NCBI GenBank assembly: GCA_963675665.1
Contig: OY776510.1
Span: forward strand, 1,536,001-1,600,000
From: Spirochaetia bacterium
GTDB lineage: Bacteria > Spirochaetota > Spirochaetia > UBA9216
DNA: 64,000 nt
Reading direction: 5' to 3'
Both the position numbers and the translations under genes were made by a program. Under the pieces are notes generated by a model. It ran no database searches and had not been told where the DNA came from. It saw only the letters and a list, made by a program, of their open reading frames with translations. The first letter of the stretch is position 1. Every line of letters begins with the position of its first letter. Below, in pieces: positions 28,201-36,917 of this stretch.

Positions 28201-28959
28201 ATGGAGAAAATAGATTACAATTCAGGAATGCCGCTTTATCTTCAATTGAAAGATATAATAAAAAAACAGATTATGGCAGGCCATTATTCGCCTGGAGTAA
28301 AGATTCCAACAGAAGAAGAATACTGTAAAAAGTATGATATCAGCCGTATTACTGTGCGGCAGGCGATCAACTACCTTGTACAGGAAAAGCTTCTGATTAG
28401 AAAGCAGGGAAAAGGAACCTTTGTAGCTTCGGCAAAGATGAAAAAGCACCTGCCTAAATTGTACAGTTTTACTGAAGACATGATTGCAGAAGGACGAACT
28501 CCTGATTCGATTATTATGAACAGCTCTGTTATGGATGCAGATGAAGAGATTGCAGGAATACTTGAATTGCCGGAAAGCAATAAAAAGGTTTTTAAGCTTT
28601 GCCGTGTGAGGCGGGCAGATGAGGTTCCGATTCTTTACGAAACCACCTATATACCTGATTATCTTTGTCCGGAACTCGGCAGGTTCGATTTTTCACAGGT
28701 GTCTTTATATAAGGTTCTTCAGCAGGAATATGAATTAATTTTTAAATATGCGGAGGAGAGATATGAGGCTTCTCTTTTAAATAAGGAAACTGCGGTTATT
28801 CTTGAAACTGCAATGAACGATCCGGCGTTTAATATATATCGTGTGGCATTTCTGGAAGACAGCCGACCGTATGAGCTGACATATGCAACCGGAAAAGGCG
28901 ATTCATTGAGTTTTACAGTTACTCTGGTTCCTGAAACAAAAATAAAACGCAATTATTAG
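28201..28959 (+). CDS. GntR-family regulator (HutC/UTRA)
   Basis: PLYLQL...I..G.Y.PG.KIPTE...ISRITVRQA...GKGTFV followed by a UTRA domain. Confidence 0.93.
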   Translation: MEKIDYNSGMPLYLQLKDIIKKQIMAGHYSPGVKIPTEEEYCKKYDISRITVRQAINYLVQEKLLIRKQGKGTFVASAKMKKHLPKLYSFTEDMIAEGRTPDSIIMNSSVMDADEEIAGILELPESNKKVFKLCRVRRADEVPILYETTYIPDYLCPELGRFDFSQVSLYKVLQQEYELIFKYAEERYEASLLNKETAVILETAMNDPAFNIYRVAFLEDSRPYELTYATGKGDSLSFTVTLVPETKIKRNY

Positions 28960-28978
28960 GAGTTTTTTTAATTGGTTC

Positions 28979-28994
28979 TAATATTATAACATTA
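28979..28994. promoter_or_regulatory. Second copy of the TTATAACA-core operator, upstream of the SDR operon
   Basis: TAATATTATAACATTA, a near palindrome related to 14341-14362. Confidence 0.55.
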
Positions 28995-29030
28995 TATAGA
29001 TATATTATAATAAGGGCGTACAGGTTTTTT

Positions 29031-29879
29031 ATGAAGACAAATATATTTGAATTAAAAGGACAAACTGCGGTCGTTACCGGGGCCGGCGGAGAACTGGCCG
29101 GAGCAATATCAATCGGGCTGGCTGAATTGGGTGTAAAGGTAGCTGTTCTTGATATAAATAAAGACAAAGCTGAGAACTGCACGGATAAAATAAAGGCCGG
29201 CGGGGGATTTGCAAAAGCCTATGTCTGTGACGTACTCGATGCCGGTCAATTAAAGGAAGTTTATTCTGAAATAAAAAAAGACTGGGGTACTCCGGGGCTG
29301 CTTTTAAACGGTGCGGGCGGTAATCATCCCATGGCAACTACAGATAACGAGTTCCTTGAGCGTGAAGATTTGAATAATGAAGAGTTAACCCGGATTTTTT
29401 TTAATCTTGATATGAAAGGTGTTGAGGCAACATTTGCGTTAAATTTCTACGGCACATTTCTTCCTTCCCAGATTTTCAGCAGGGGAATGATTGAGAACGG
29501 CAGGGGATCAATTGTAAATATCTCATCAATGAACGCCTTTACTCCACTGACGAAAATTCCTGCATATTCCGCCGCAAAATCATCCGTATCAAATTTTACA
29601 AGGTGGCTGGCTGTGCACTTTTCGCATGCGGGAGTCAGGGTTAATGCAATTGCTCCAGGTTTTTTTATGACGGAACAATTACGTTTTTTACATATTGATC
29701 AGCAAACAGGTGAATATACGCCAAGAGCAAAAAAAGTTGTTGAGCATACACCGATGGGTCGTTATGGAGAACCGGAAGAGCTGCTGGGAACAGCTGTATG
29801 GCTTTTTTCGGAAGCTTCAAGCTTTGTAACCGGGGCTGTGATCCCGGTAGACGGCGGCTTTTCTTCGTATGCTATTTAA
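29031..29879 (+). CDS. SDR oxidoreductase, UxuB-like (mannonate/fructuronate reductase type)
   Basis: NGAGGNHP.ATT, NISSMNAFTPLTKIPAYSAAK, VNAIAPGFF. Confidence 0.85.
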   Translation: MKTNIFELKGQTAVVTGAGGELAGAISIGLAELGVKVAVLDINKDKAENCTDKIKAGGGFAKAYVCDVLDAGQLKEVYSEIKKDWGTPGLLLNGAGGNHPMATTDNEFLEREDLNNEELTRIFFNLDMKGVEATFALNFYGTFLPSQIFSRGMIENGRGSIVNISSMNAFTPLTKIPAYSAAKSSVSNFTRWLAVHFSHAGVRVNAIAPGFFMTEQLRFLHIDQQTGEYTPRAKKVVEHTPMGRYGEPEELLGTAVWLFSEASSFVTGAVIPVDGGFSSYAI

Positions 29880-29889
29880 GGAGAAGACA

Positions 29890-30744
29890 GTGAGTGAGAC
29901 TGAATATACAGTACCGAATGAACTGCCGGTAAAAAAAGCAAAGATAGATTTAAGCGGGCAGAAAGCTGTTATAACAGGGGCAAGTAAAGGTATTGGCTCT
30001 GCTATAGCGTTAGAGTTGGCGGAAAGCGGGGCGGATGTTCTTATAAATTACTATTCGGACAAGACCGGCGCTGAAGAGGCTGCCGATCTTGTGGAAGCAA
30101 CGGGACAGAAGGCTCTTCTATTCAAGGCTGATGTATCAGACGAACAGAATGTAATTGATATGTTCGCCGCCTGTAAAAGAGAATTCGGAAGAGTCGATAT
30201 CTGTATTCCCAACTCAGGCATCCAGAGAAATGCGCCCTTTGCTGAAATGACGCTGCAGGAATGGCAAAGGGTAATCGATGTGAATTTGACAGGTCAGTTT
30301 CTTGTATCCCGGGAAGCAGTAAAAATGTTTCTTGATCAGGGGATAAACAGCAAGATCTCGTATTCAGCAGGCAAAATTGTATATATGAGCTCGGTTCATG
30401 ATGTAATTCCCTGGGAAGGCCATGTAAATTATGCAACAGCCAAAGGCGGTATTATGCTTATGATGAAATCAGTAGCACAGGAGCTGGCCCACAAACGAAT
30501 CAGGGTTAATTCTGTTTCGCCCGGTGCGTGCAGAACTCCAATGAATGTGGAGAAGTTGACAAGTCCCGAGGAATTTGAAAATACCCTGCTGCGGCTGATA
30601 CCCTATAAAAGAATTGGTGAGCCGGAAGATGTTGCAAGAGCTGTAGCATGGCTGGCTTCTGATTCCTCTGATTATGTTAACGGTTCAACAATTTACGTGG
30701 ACGGCGGAATGTGTCTTTATCCCGGATTTATCGGAGGAGGTTGA
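29890..30744 (+). CDS. SDR oxidoreductase, glucose 1-dehydrogenase-like
   Basis: TGASKGIG, SSVHDVIPW.GHVNYATAKGG, IP..RIGEPED. GTG start after AAGGAG. Confidence 0.85.
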   Translation: MSETEYTVPNELPVKKAKIDLSGQKAVITGASKGIGSAIALELAESGADVLINYYSDKTGAEEAADLVEATGQKALLFKADVSDEQNVIDMFAACKREFGRVDICIPNSGIQRNAPFAEMTLQEWQRVIDVNLTGQFLVSREAVKMFLDQGINSKISYSAGKIVYMSSVHDVIPWEGHVNYATAKGGIMLMMKSVAQELAHKRIRVNSVSPGACRTPMNVEKLTSPEEFENTLLRLIPYKRIGEPEDVARAVAWLASDSSDYVNGSTIYVDGGMCLYPGFIGGG

Positions 30745-30746
30745 GA

Positions 30747-31928
30747 ATGCACCTGAATGAGAAACGAATAATTACTTTCAGAAAAGAACTGGAATTAAAC
30801 GGTCTGGATGCCGTAATTGTTCAGAAGCCGGAAAATGTTCTTTTTTTAAGCGGCTTTTGGCCGATGATTGGGATGTCGGTTCTTGTCTTGCCTGTATCAG
30901 GGAAGCCTGTCTGTATAATTCCTGACTGCTATAAAAACGAAGCCGAAAGCTGCCTTTGGGAGGCTGAAGCTGTATTTTACAAATACGGGCTTCTCGACTC
31001 CCCTGATCCGGAAGAGGCTATAATAAAAATCTTGGACGCTTTAATAAATAAAAGAAGCCTGAAGAGAATCGGCCTGGAATTGACCTCCGGAGTATCCGCA
31101 GTGTCCTGGAACAGTGCTGAGTTCATCCCTCCTTTGAATTGCATAAAAGAATTTCTGTCTGAAAATGAATCAGTCTCTAATTTGATCGATATTACTCCAC
31201 TGATTCAGGAACAAAAGCTGCGAAAGACCGAATATGAGGCGGAAAAGATAAATATCGCAAATGAAGCCGCCTGCAGAGGTCTCGATGCTTTTTATAAAAA
31301 TGTGTGCCCGGGGATTTCCGGAGTGGAACTTGTCGCCGAGATTGAGAAAGCTGTTATGACAGAATCAACCGCTTCCGGCTTGAAAAGGGTACGCGCTTAT
31401 GCCCAGGTTGCTGTCGGGGCGGATGAAACAGCTTCAGCATACAGACCGAACGAGATCTCCACAAATCGAAGGCTGCTTGACGGAGAAATTGCCATGCTTG
31501 AACTTGGAGTGACAGCCGACGGTTATTGGGCGGACCGGACCAGAACTGCAGTAGCCGGAAGAAATACCCCGGAACAACTGAAGATTTTTGATATAGTGAC
31601 AGAAGCACAGGAAAGGGCCGTTTTAAAAGTCCGTGCCGGAATAATGGCTTCGGAAGTTGATGAGGCAGCAAGAGCGTATATAGTTGAAGCCGGTTACGGA
31701 AAGTATTTTCCGCATATCACCGGGCACGGCGTAGGTTTTGTTTATCATGAACCAGGGCCGTTTATCCGGCCGGGAAACAGCCAAATCCTTGAAGAAGGTA
31801 TGATCTTCTCCATAGAACCGGGTATCTATATTCCGTCTTTCGGAGGCGTAAGGATAGAAGATAATGTTCTGGTTACGTCAGACGGAAGTAAAACTCTCGG
31901 CCCGTTTAGAAAGGCTCAATCGGCTTGA
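30747..31928 (+). CDS. M24 (pita-bread fold) peptidase/amidohydrolase
   Basis: Creatinase-like N-domain, ELG...GYWAD.TRT, HITGHGVG..YHE, EPGIY, RIED. Confidence 0.88.
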   Translation: MHLNEKRIITFRKELELNGLDAVIVQKPENVLFLSGFWPMIGMSVLVLPVSGKPVCIIPDCYKNEAESCLWEAEAVFYKYGLLDSPDPEEAIIKILDALINKRSLKRIGLELTSGVSAVSWNSAEFIPPLNCIKEFLSENESVSNLIDITPLIQEQKLRKTEYEAEKINIANEAACRGLDAFYKNVCPGISGVELVAEIEKAVMTESTASGLKRVRAYAQVAVGADETASAYRPNEISTNRRLLDGEIAMLELGVTADGYWADRTRTAVAGRNTPEQLKIFDIVTEAQERAVLKVRAGIMASEVDEAARAYIVEAGYGKYFPHITGHGVGFVYHEPGPFIRPGNSQILEEGMIFSIEPGIYIPSFGGVRIEDNVLVTSDGSKTLGPFRKAQSA

Positions 31929-32040
31929 ACTCGGCGCTGAAACTGTCTTCGACTGATCTGTGGGAACTGCCGGGGATTCAGACAGTATACGGGCCTGAAT
32001 CACTCGATACTCTATTGTAAACGATGAAAAAATAACGCGA

Positions 32041-32069
32041 TTGATAAAAAAAGCACTATATGGTAAAAT
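32041..32069 (+). promoter_or_regulatory. rex promoter with a possible Rex box
   Basis: TTGATA, N17, TAAAAT. TTGATAA-AAAA-AGCACTA (32041-32058) loosely fits TTGTGAA-N4-TTCACAA. Confidence 0.45.
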
Positions 32070-32095
32070 AGCTTTTCAGTAATGGAGAAAGAGTA

Positions 32096-32740
32096 TTGAG
32101 TGAAAATGAAATATTGAAAAACAGTGCGCCTTTGCCGTCGGTCAGACGCTTGCCGCTTTACTTAACCGTGCTTGAAGAATTTGAACGGGAAGGTAAAGAA
32201 TGGATCTCCACTACGGATTTTTCCGAAGTTCTTTTCCTTAAGCCGATCCAGGTAAGAAAGGACCTTGCACATACGGGGATAATCGGAAAACCCAAAAAAG
32301 GGTTTAAGGTCGACGAGCTTATTTCGACAATCTACGGCTTTCTCGGGTGGAACAATCTTACTGAAGCCTTTCTGGTAGGAGCCGGAGCGTTGGGGTCTGC
32401 ATTACTGGGTTACAGCGGTTTTCAGCGTCACGGCCTTGATATTGTCGCCGCGTTTGATGTTTCTTCTGATGTAATAGGTAAAAACATACACGGAAAAGAA
32501 GTTTTGTCGATGGAAAAGCTTCCCGATCTCGCCCGGCGGATGCAGATTAAGATCGGTATAATTACAGTTCCCAGCGACTGTGCTCAGAAGGCAGCAGACA
32601 GTCTTGTAGAATCAGGAATAAGCGGAATATGGAATTTTTCTCCGATAAAACTTCATGTTCCTGATGGAGTTGTTGTACAGCGGGAGGACCTTTCTTCAGG
32701 CCTTGCTGTATTATCTGTCAAACTGGGACGTTTTGACTGA
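32096..32740 (+). CDS. rex: Redox-sensing transcriptional repressor Rex
   Basis: RRLPLY, QVRKDL...G..G...GF, LVGAGALG.AL, GIWNFSP. Confidence 0.95.
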   Translation: MSENEILKNSAPLPSVRRLPLYLTVLEEFEREGKEWISTTDFSEVLFLKPIQVRKDLAHTGIIGKPKKGFKVDELISTIYGFLGWNNLTEAFLVGAGALGSALLGYSGFQRHGLDIVAAFDVSSDVIGKNIHGKEVLSMEKLPDLARRMQIKIGIITVPSDCAQKAADSLVESGISGIWNFSPIKLHVPDGVVVQREDLSSGLAVLSVKLGRFD

Positions 32741-32812
32741 TTTATCTCTATCAATTACAAAAATCGACAAGATTTAACTATAATAATAAACCGTAAAGAG
32801 TCATAATGGACC

Positions 32813-33793
32813 ATGCCGTGCATTTATAATCCGCTTTCAATAATTTTGCCGCTGGCAGCGGCTGTTGTTTTTGATATCCTTGCAGGCGAATACCCTGCGT
32901 TTGTTCATCCGGTAGTATGGATGGGGAAATATATATCAGGAATAGTTGAACATGCTGATCGAAGAAAAAGCCGTATATCACGTTTCTTTTCCGGAATGCT
33001 GATGGTGTTCTCCGGTTTTGCTATATTTGTTTTTCCGGCAGCTGTTGTGTTTGGAGTTTTTATTAATGCAGCTCCGGGTTCCGCAGTCTGGGCAGTTCTT
33101 TTAATAATAATTGTGTTCACAATAAAAAGTACTTTCAGTATTTCTGCGCTTTATAACGCCGGAAAGATCGTTGCCGATGCGCTCGACAATGATGATGTTC
33201 AGGAAGCGCGAATCCTGACGTCAACCCATCTTGTAAGCCGAAACACCACATCTTTGACCCCTGATGAGGTCTCTGCTGCCGTGATAGAATCACTTTCCGA
33301 GAATTTTACCGATTCTTTTATGTCGCCCTGGTGTTTTGTGGCAGTCGGAGGCCCTGCCGCGGCAGTAGGCTACAGGTTTGTAAATACCTGTGACTCAATG
33401 ATCGGGTACAGAACCGAAAAATTCGAATGGCTTGGTAAATTCGCAGCCAGGCTGGATGATGTCCTGAATTTTATTCCCGCACGCCTCGGTGGGTTTATCA
33501 TTTGTACCGCCGCCGCTTTTTTAAAAGGATATTCCGGAGGTAACGCATTCAGAACAATGTTCAGCGAACACCGGGTTACTGAAAGCCCTAATGCCGGCTG
33601 GACAATGGCGGCAGCCGCGGGTGCATTGGGAGTGAAACTGGTTAAACACGGACACTATGCAATTGCCGGCGGCCCGAACCTGCCTTCCTCTATTGAGATA
33701 AGGAAAGCATTAAAACTTTTAAGAGCGGCAACCGGTATTTCCGGAATAATTTTTATGATGATATTGTTCCTTGCCGGAGTTGGTGTTATATGA
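32813..33793 (+). CDS. cbiB: Adenosylcobinamide-phosphate synthase
   Basis: HPVVWMG, IESLSENFTD, NTCDSMIGY, ARLDDVLNFIPARL, SPNAGW. Confidence 0.93.
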   Translation: MPCIYNPLSIILPLAAAVVFDILAGEYPAFVHPVVWMGKYISGIVEHADRRKSRISRFFSGMLMVFSGFAIFVFPAAVVFGVFINAAPGSAVWAVLLIIIVFTIKSTFSISALYNAGKIVADALDNDDVQEARILTSTHLVSRNTTSLTPDEVSAAVIESLSENFTDSFMSPWCFVAVGGPAAAVGYRFVNTCDSMIGYRTEKFEWLGKFAARLDDVLNFIPARLGGFIICTAAAFLKGYSGGNAFRTMFSEHRVTESPNAGWTMAAAAGALGVKLVKHGHYAIAGGPNLPSSIEIRKALKLLRAATGISGIIFMMILFLAGVGVI

Positions 33794-34908
33794 AACAGGT
33801 CCACAGGAAGTACAGGGGAATCAATCCTCCGCCCCATGGAGGAACTCCCGGTTCAGACCTGTTGATGGATTTCAGTATTTCTGTAAATCCTTTTCCTCTT
33901 CCCGATTCAGTGATAACGGCATATCACGAAGCTGTTCATAATATATCAACTTATCCCGACACCGATAATAAAGAACTGACGAATGCTTTTGCCGGGGTTT
34001 CCGGTACCCCTGCTGAAAAACTGTTAATGACCAACGGATCTGCTGAAGCCTTCAGCATTACCGCAGCAGCGCTTCTTGAACCGGGCGGAAAGGTAATGCT
34101 ATGTGAACCTTGCTACAGTGATTATGAGCATCTGTCGCTGCTTGCGGGAGCTGAGATTGTGAAAATCAGGGCTGAAGAATCCGACCGGTTCATCATTGAT
34201 CCGAATACTGTTTCAACTGCTGTAGCGAAGCACAAGCCTGATTTAATCTGGTTGTGCAGCCCGAATAACCCCACCGGTTCTGTTGTTCCGGGAAGGCTTA
34301 TCGATTCTTTATGCATTCAGGCTGAAGCGTACGGCGGATATGTTGTACTTGATGAAGCATATGCCGCTTTCCTGTCGGACGGTTATCCTGTTTATAAGTC
34401 GGGCGGATTCGGGAATCATGAAAACCTTATAGTTATCCGATCCATGACCAAGGATTTCGGTATCCCCGGGCTTCGTCTCGGGAGCATTATTGCCGAGCCG
34501 GAACTTGTGCGTGTATTCAAACTGTTCAAACCATGCTGGAGTGTAGGCAGTCCGGCACAGGCAACAGGAAAAGCTGTACTGCGGGAGCTGTCGTATTTCA
34601 GCGAGAGCTGGCGCAAAACGCGCGAACTTCAGCTTGATTTGATTCAGGGGTTAAGGACCGCAGGCCTGGATCCTGCTCTGACTGCCGATAACGAGTGCGG
34701 AATATTTATATTTTTCAAATCGCCGGCGTTGCGTGAAGGAAGATTGTTCCATCAGGAGCTTGAAAACCTGGGAATAAGAATCAGGGATTGTGCCTCAATG
34801 GGCGCCGCCGGGTTCTGCAGGACTGGAGTCAAGCTGAAAAATGAGAATATGAAACTTATTGAAGCAACCGGCCGGCTGCTGAAAGAATACGGAGACGGGA
34901 ATGAATAA
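33790..34908 (+). CDS. cobD: Threonine-phosphate decarboxylase (class II PLP enzyme)
   Basis: HGG, DFS.SVNP, PNNPTG, DEAY, RSMTKDFGIPGLRLG; cob cluster context. Confidence 0.85.
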   Translation: MKQVHRKYRGINPPPHGGTPGSDLLMDFSISVNPFPLPDSVITAYHEAVHNISTYPDTDNKELTNAFAGVSGTPAEKLLMTNGSAEAFSITAAALLEPGGKVMLCEPCYSDYEHLSLLAGAEIVKIRAEESDRFIIDPNTVSTAVAKHKPDLIWLCSPNNPTGSVVPGRLIDSLCIQAEAYGGYVVLDEAYAAFLSDGYPVYKSGGFGNHENLIVIRSMTKDFGIPGLRLGSIIAEPELVRVFKLFKPCWSVGSPAQATGKAVLRELSYFSESWRKTRELQLDLIQGLRTAGLDPALTADNECGIFIFFKSPALREGRLFHQELENLGIRIRDCASMGAAGFCRTGVKLKNENMKLIEATGRLLKEYGDGNE

Positions 34909-35446
34909 AGATCTTTCAAAAATAATTCTGGTGCTCGGGGGAATCAGCAGCGGCAAGAGCCGTTTCGCTGAACAGCTTTCTGAAGAAAAGCACCAGTGCT
35001 TTGAAAACTGTTTTTATTTCACCCCTGCCGGAGAACCCCGGGATTCGGAAATGACGGAAAAGGTCAGGGTGCATAAAGCCCGCCGGCCTGCCTGGCTGAA
35101 GACAATCGAATGCGGCATAGAGCCAGTCAAAGCATTTAATGATTTGCCGGATCAGAGCCTGGTTATGTTTGATTCGGCAGGAACTCTGCTTGGAAGGCTT
35201 TTAATGGAAAATGAAGGTGCGGCAACCAAAAGGTCACAAGACCTTTTTATTAAACTTTGCCGGCTTTGCCGTGAAAAACGGTGCACCCTGATTTTTGTTT
35301 CCGAAGAAGCAGGCCTGACGCTTGTGCCGCTTTCAGAATCAGGCAGGACCTTCCAGAAGACATTGGGAGTACTTAATCAGTTTCTGGCGGAAGAGGCTGA
35401 TGATGTTTATTTTATAATCGCGGGATTACCGCAGAGGCTCAAATGA
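34901..35446 (+). CDS. cobU: Cobinamide kinase / cobinamide-phosphate guanylyltransferase
   Basis: LGGISSGKSRFAE, DSEM...V..H...RP..., VSEEAG..LVP, LNQ.LA..AD.V....AGLP. Confidence 0.92.
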   Translation: MNKDLSKIILVLGGISSGKSRFAEQLSEEKHQCFENCFYFTPAGEPRDSEMTEKVRVHKARRPAWLKTIECGIEPVKAFNDLPDQSLVMFDSAGTLLGRLLMENEGAATKRSQDLFIKLCRLCREKRCTLIFVSEEAGLTLVPLSESGRTFQKTLGVLNQFLAEEADDVYFIIAGLPQRLK

Positions 35447-36240
35447 AAAAAATTCTTGCCGCTTTCAGATTTATGACGATTATACCGGTTCCGGGCGGAA
35501 GCCATGCCGACCTTTCCGAAGCGGGAAAGTCAGCGGTGTTCTTCCCGTTAGTCGGATTATTGCTGGGCGGGATCCTGGTATTGACGGTTCTTCTTTCTGA
35601 GCTTTTCTGGTCGGCAATTGCGGTGTCGGCAGCCGTTACGGCGGTCTGGGTTGTTCTTACCGCAGGCATGCATATCGACGGGCTTGCCGATCTTGCCGAC
35701 GGGCTGGGCGGCGGCTGGGATGTTGAATCACGGCTGCGGATAATGAAGGATTCGTCTGTCGGGACCTACGGCGCTATTGCTGTTGGAATCCTTCTGCTTA
35801 TGAAAACAGTCCTGCTTTATGAACTGATAAACGATTCTGTTTCCGAAAGCGGCAGACAGCTGCTGTTCTCATCCCTGGTTTTTATCCCTGCAGCCGGACG
35901 CGGCATGCAGGTTTTAAGCATCAGAATCTTTCCTCCGGCCAAAAAAGAAGGGTTCGGAGCGGTTTTTAAAGCCGGCGTAACCGTCCCGGCGGCTGTAACG
36001 GCAGCTCTTGCAGTGGTTGCGGCAGCAACGGGGTTCTGGGGTCTTTCAGGGGCTGCTGTCTCGGGAGCCGCCTTTCTGTTCATGCTGGCCGCAGGAAAGT
36101 GGATATCATTAAGACTCGGGGGGCTTAACGGAGACTCGTACGGAGCTGTCTGCGAACTATCCGAATTGTTTGTTCTTGCGGCCCTGACAATTATGCGTCC
36201 GGAATTTTCCGGCTGGCTTAATCAATTATTTATAAAATGA
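35443..36240 (+). CDS. cobS: Cobalamin synthase
   Basis: F.T..PVP, G.H.DGLAD.ADG, IMKDS.VG.YG, GGLNGD.YGA. Confidence 0.95.
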   Translation: MKKILAAFRFMTIIPVPGGSHADLSEAGKSAVFFPLVGLLLGGILVLTVLLSELFWSAIAVSAAVTAVWVVLTAGMHIDGLADLADGLGGGWDVESRLRIMKDSSVGTYGAIAVGILLLMKTVLLYELINDSVSESGRQLLFSSLVFIPAAGRGMQVLSIRIFPPAKKEGFGAVFKAGVTVPAAVTAALAVVAAATGFWGLSGAAVSGAAFLFMLAAGKWISLRLGGLNGDSYGAVCELSELFVLAALTIMRPEFSGWLNQLFIK

Positions 36241-36917
36241 AAAACAAGGTTCGGAGCGCCGCATTCAGACTTATCCTCATAAGGCATGCCGAAGCAGAGG
36301 GCCAGGGAAGATACCTGGGACGGCGAAGCAATCCCCCTCTTTCTATAACCGGTTGTCGCCAGGCTGAACTTCTCCGTAACAGGTTGTCTGCTGAAACATT
36401 TGGAAATCATTCTGAAAATGTATTTTTATTTTCCAGTCCCCAAAAGAGAGCCTGTGAAACGGCCGAAATCCTGTTCCCTGCAGGCGGTGGAAAAATATCC
36501 GGAACATGCCGGCCGGAGATTATTCCGGAATTTGCTGAGATCGATTTCGGAGACTGGGAAGGTATGACCTGGAACGAGATCTCTGCAGCTGATGAAGAAC
36601 GTTATAAAACATGGATAAATAATCCACTCAAAACGGCGCCTCCGGGAGGCGGTGAGACTCTTGGGGATTTCGGGGGCAGAATTGATAACGGGTTTGAAAC
36701 CGTCTCTGCAAGGTTGCGAAAGGCTGAAAACGGCACTGCTTTTCTTGTTGTTCACGGAGGAGTTATAAGGATGTTGCTGTGTCGGCTGCTGGCATTGGAT
36801 GCTGACAAGTATTCAGCCTTTCATACCGATTGCGCCTCATACAGCAGTATAAGAGTTTTTGAGAATGAATATTCAGACAGAAGTGCCGTACTGGAATATA
36901 TGAACCGGCGATATTAA
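36237..36917 (+). CDS. cobC: Histidine phosphatase (alpha-ribazole phosphatase-like)
   Basis: IRHAE, SSP..RA.ETA, EIDFGDWEG, VVHGGVIR; follows cobS. Confidence 0.82.
   Translation: MKNKVRSAAFRLILIRHAEAEGQGRYLGRRSNPPLSITGCRQAELLRNRLSAETFGNHSENVFLFSSPQKRACETAEILFPAGGGKISGTCRPEIIPEFAEIDFGDWEGMTWNEISAADEERYKTWINNPLKTAPPGGGETLGDFGGRIDNGFETVSARLRKAENGTAFLVVHGGVIRMLLCRLLALDADKYSAFHTDCASYSSIRVFENEYSDRSAVLEYMNRRY

Noticed and set aside
31929-32040. Possible cobalamin riboswitch upstream of rex-cob (contains GGGAA and a hairpin)
   Set aside because: No B12-box or GCCCCCGC/ACTGT elements, and it lies upstream of the rex promoter; more likely an operon-end hairpin.
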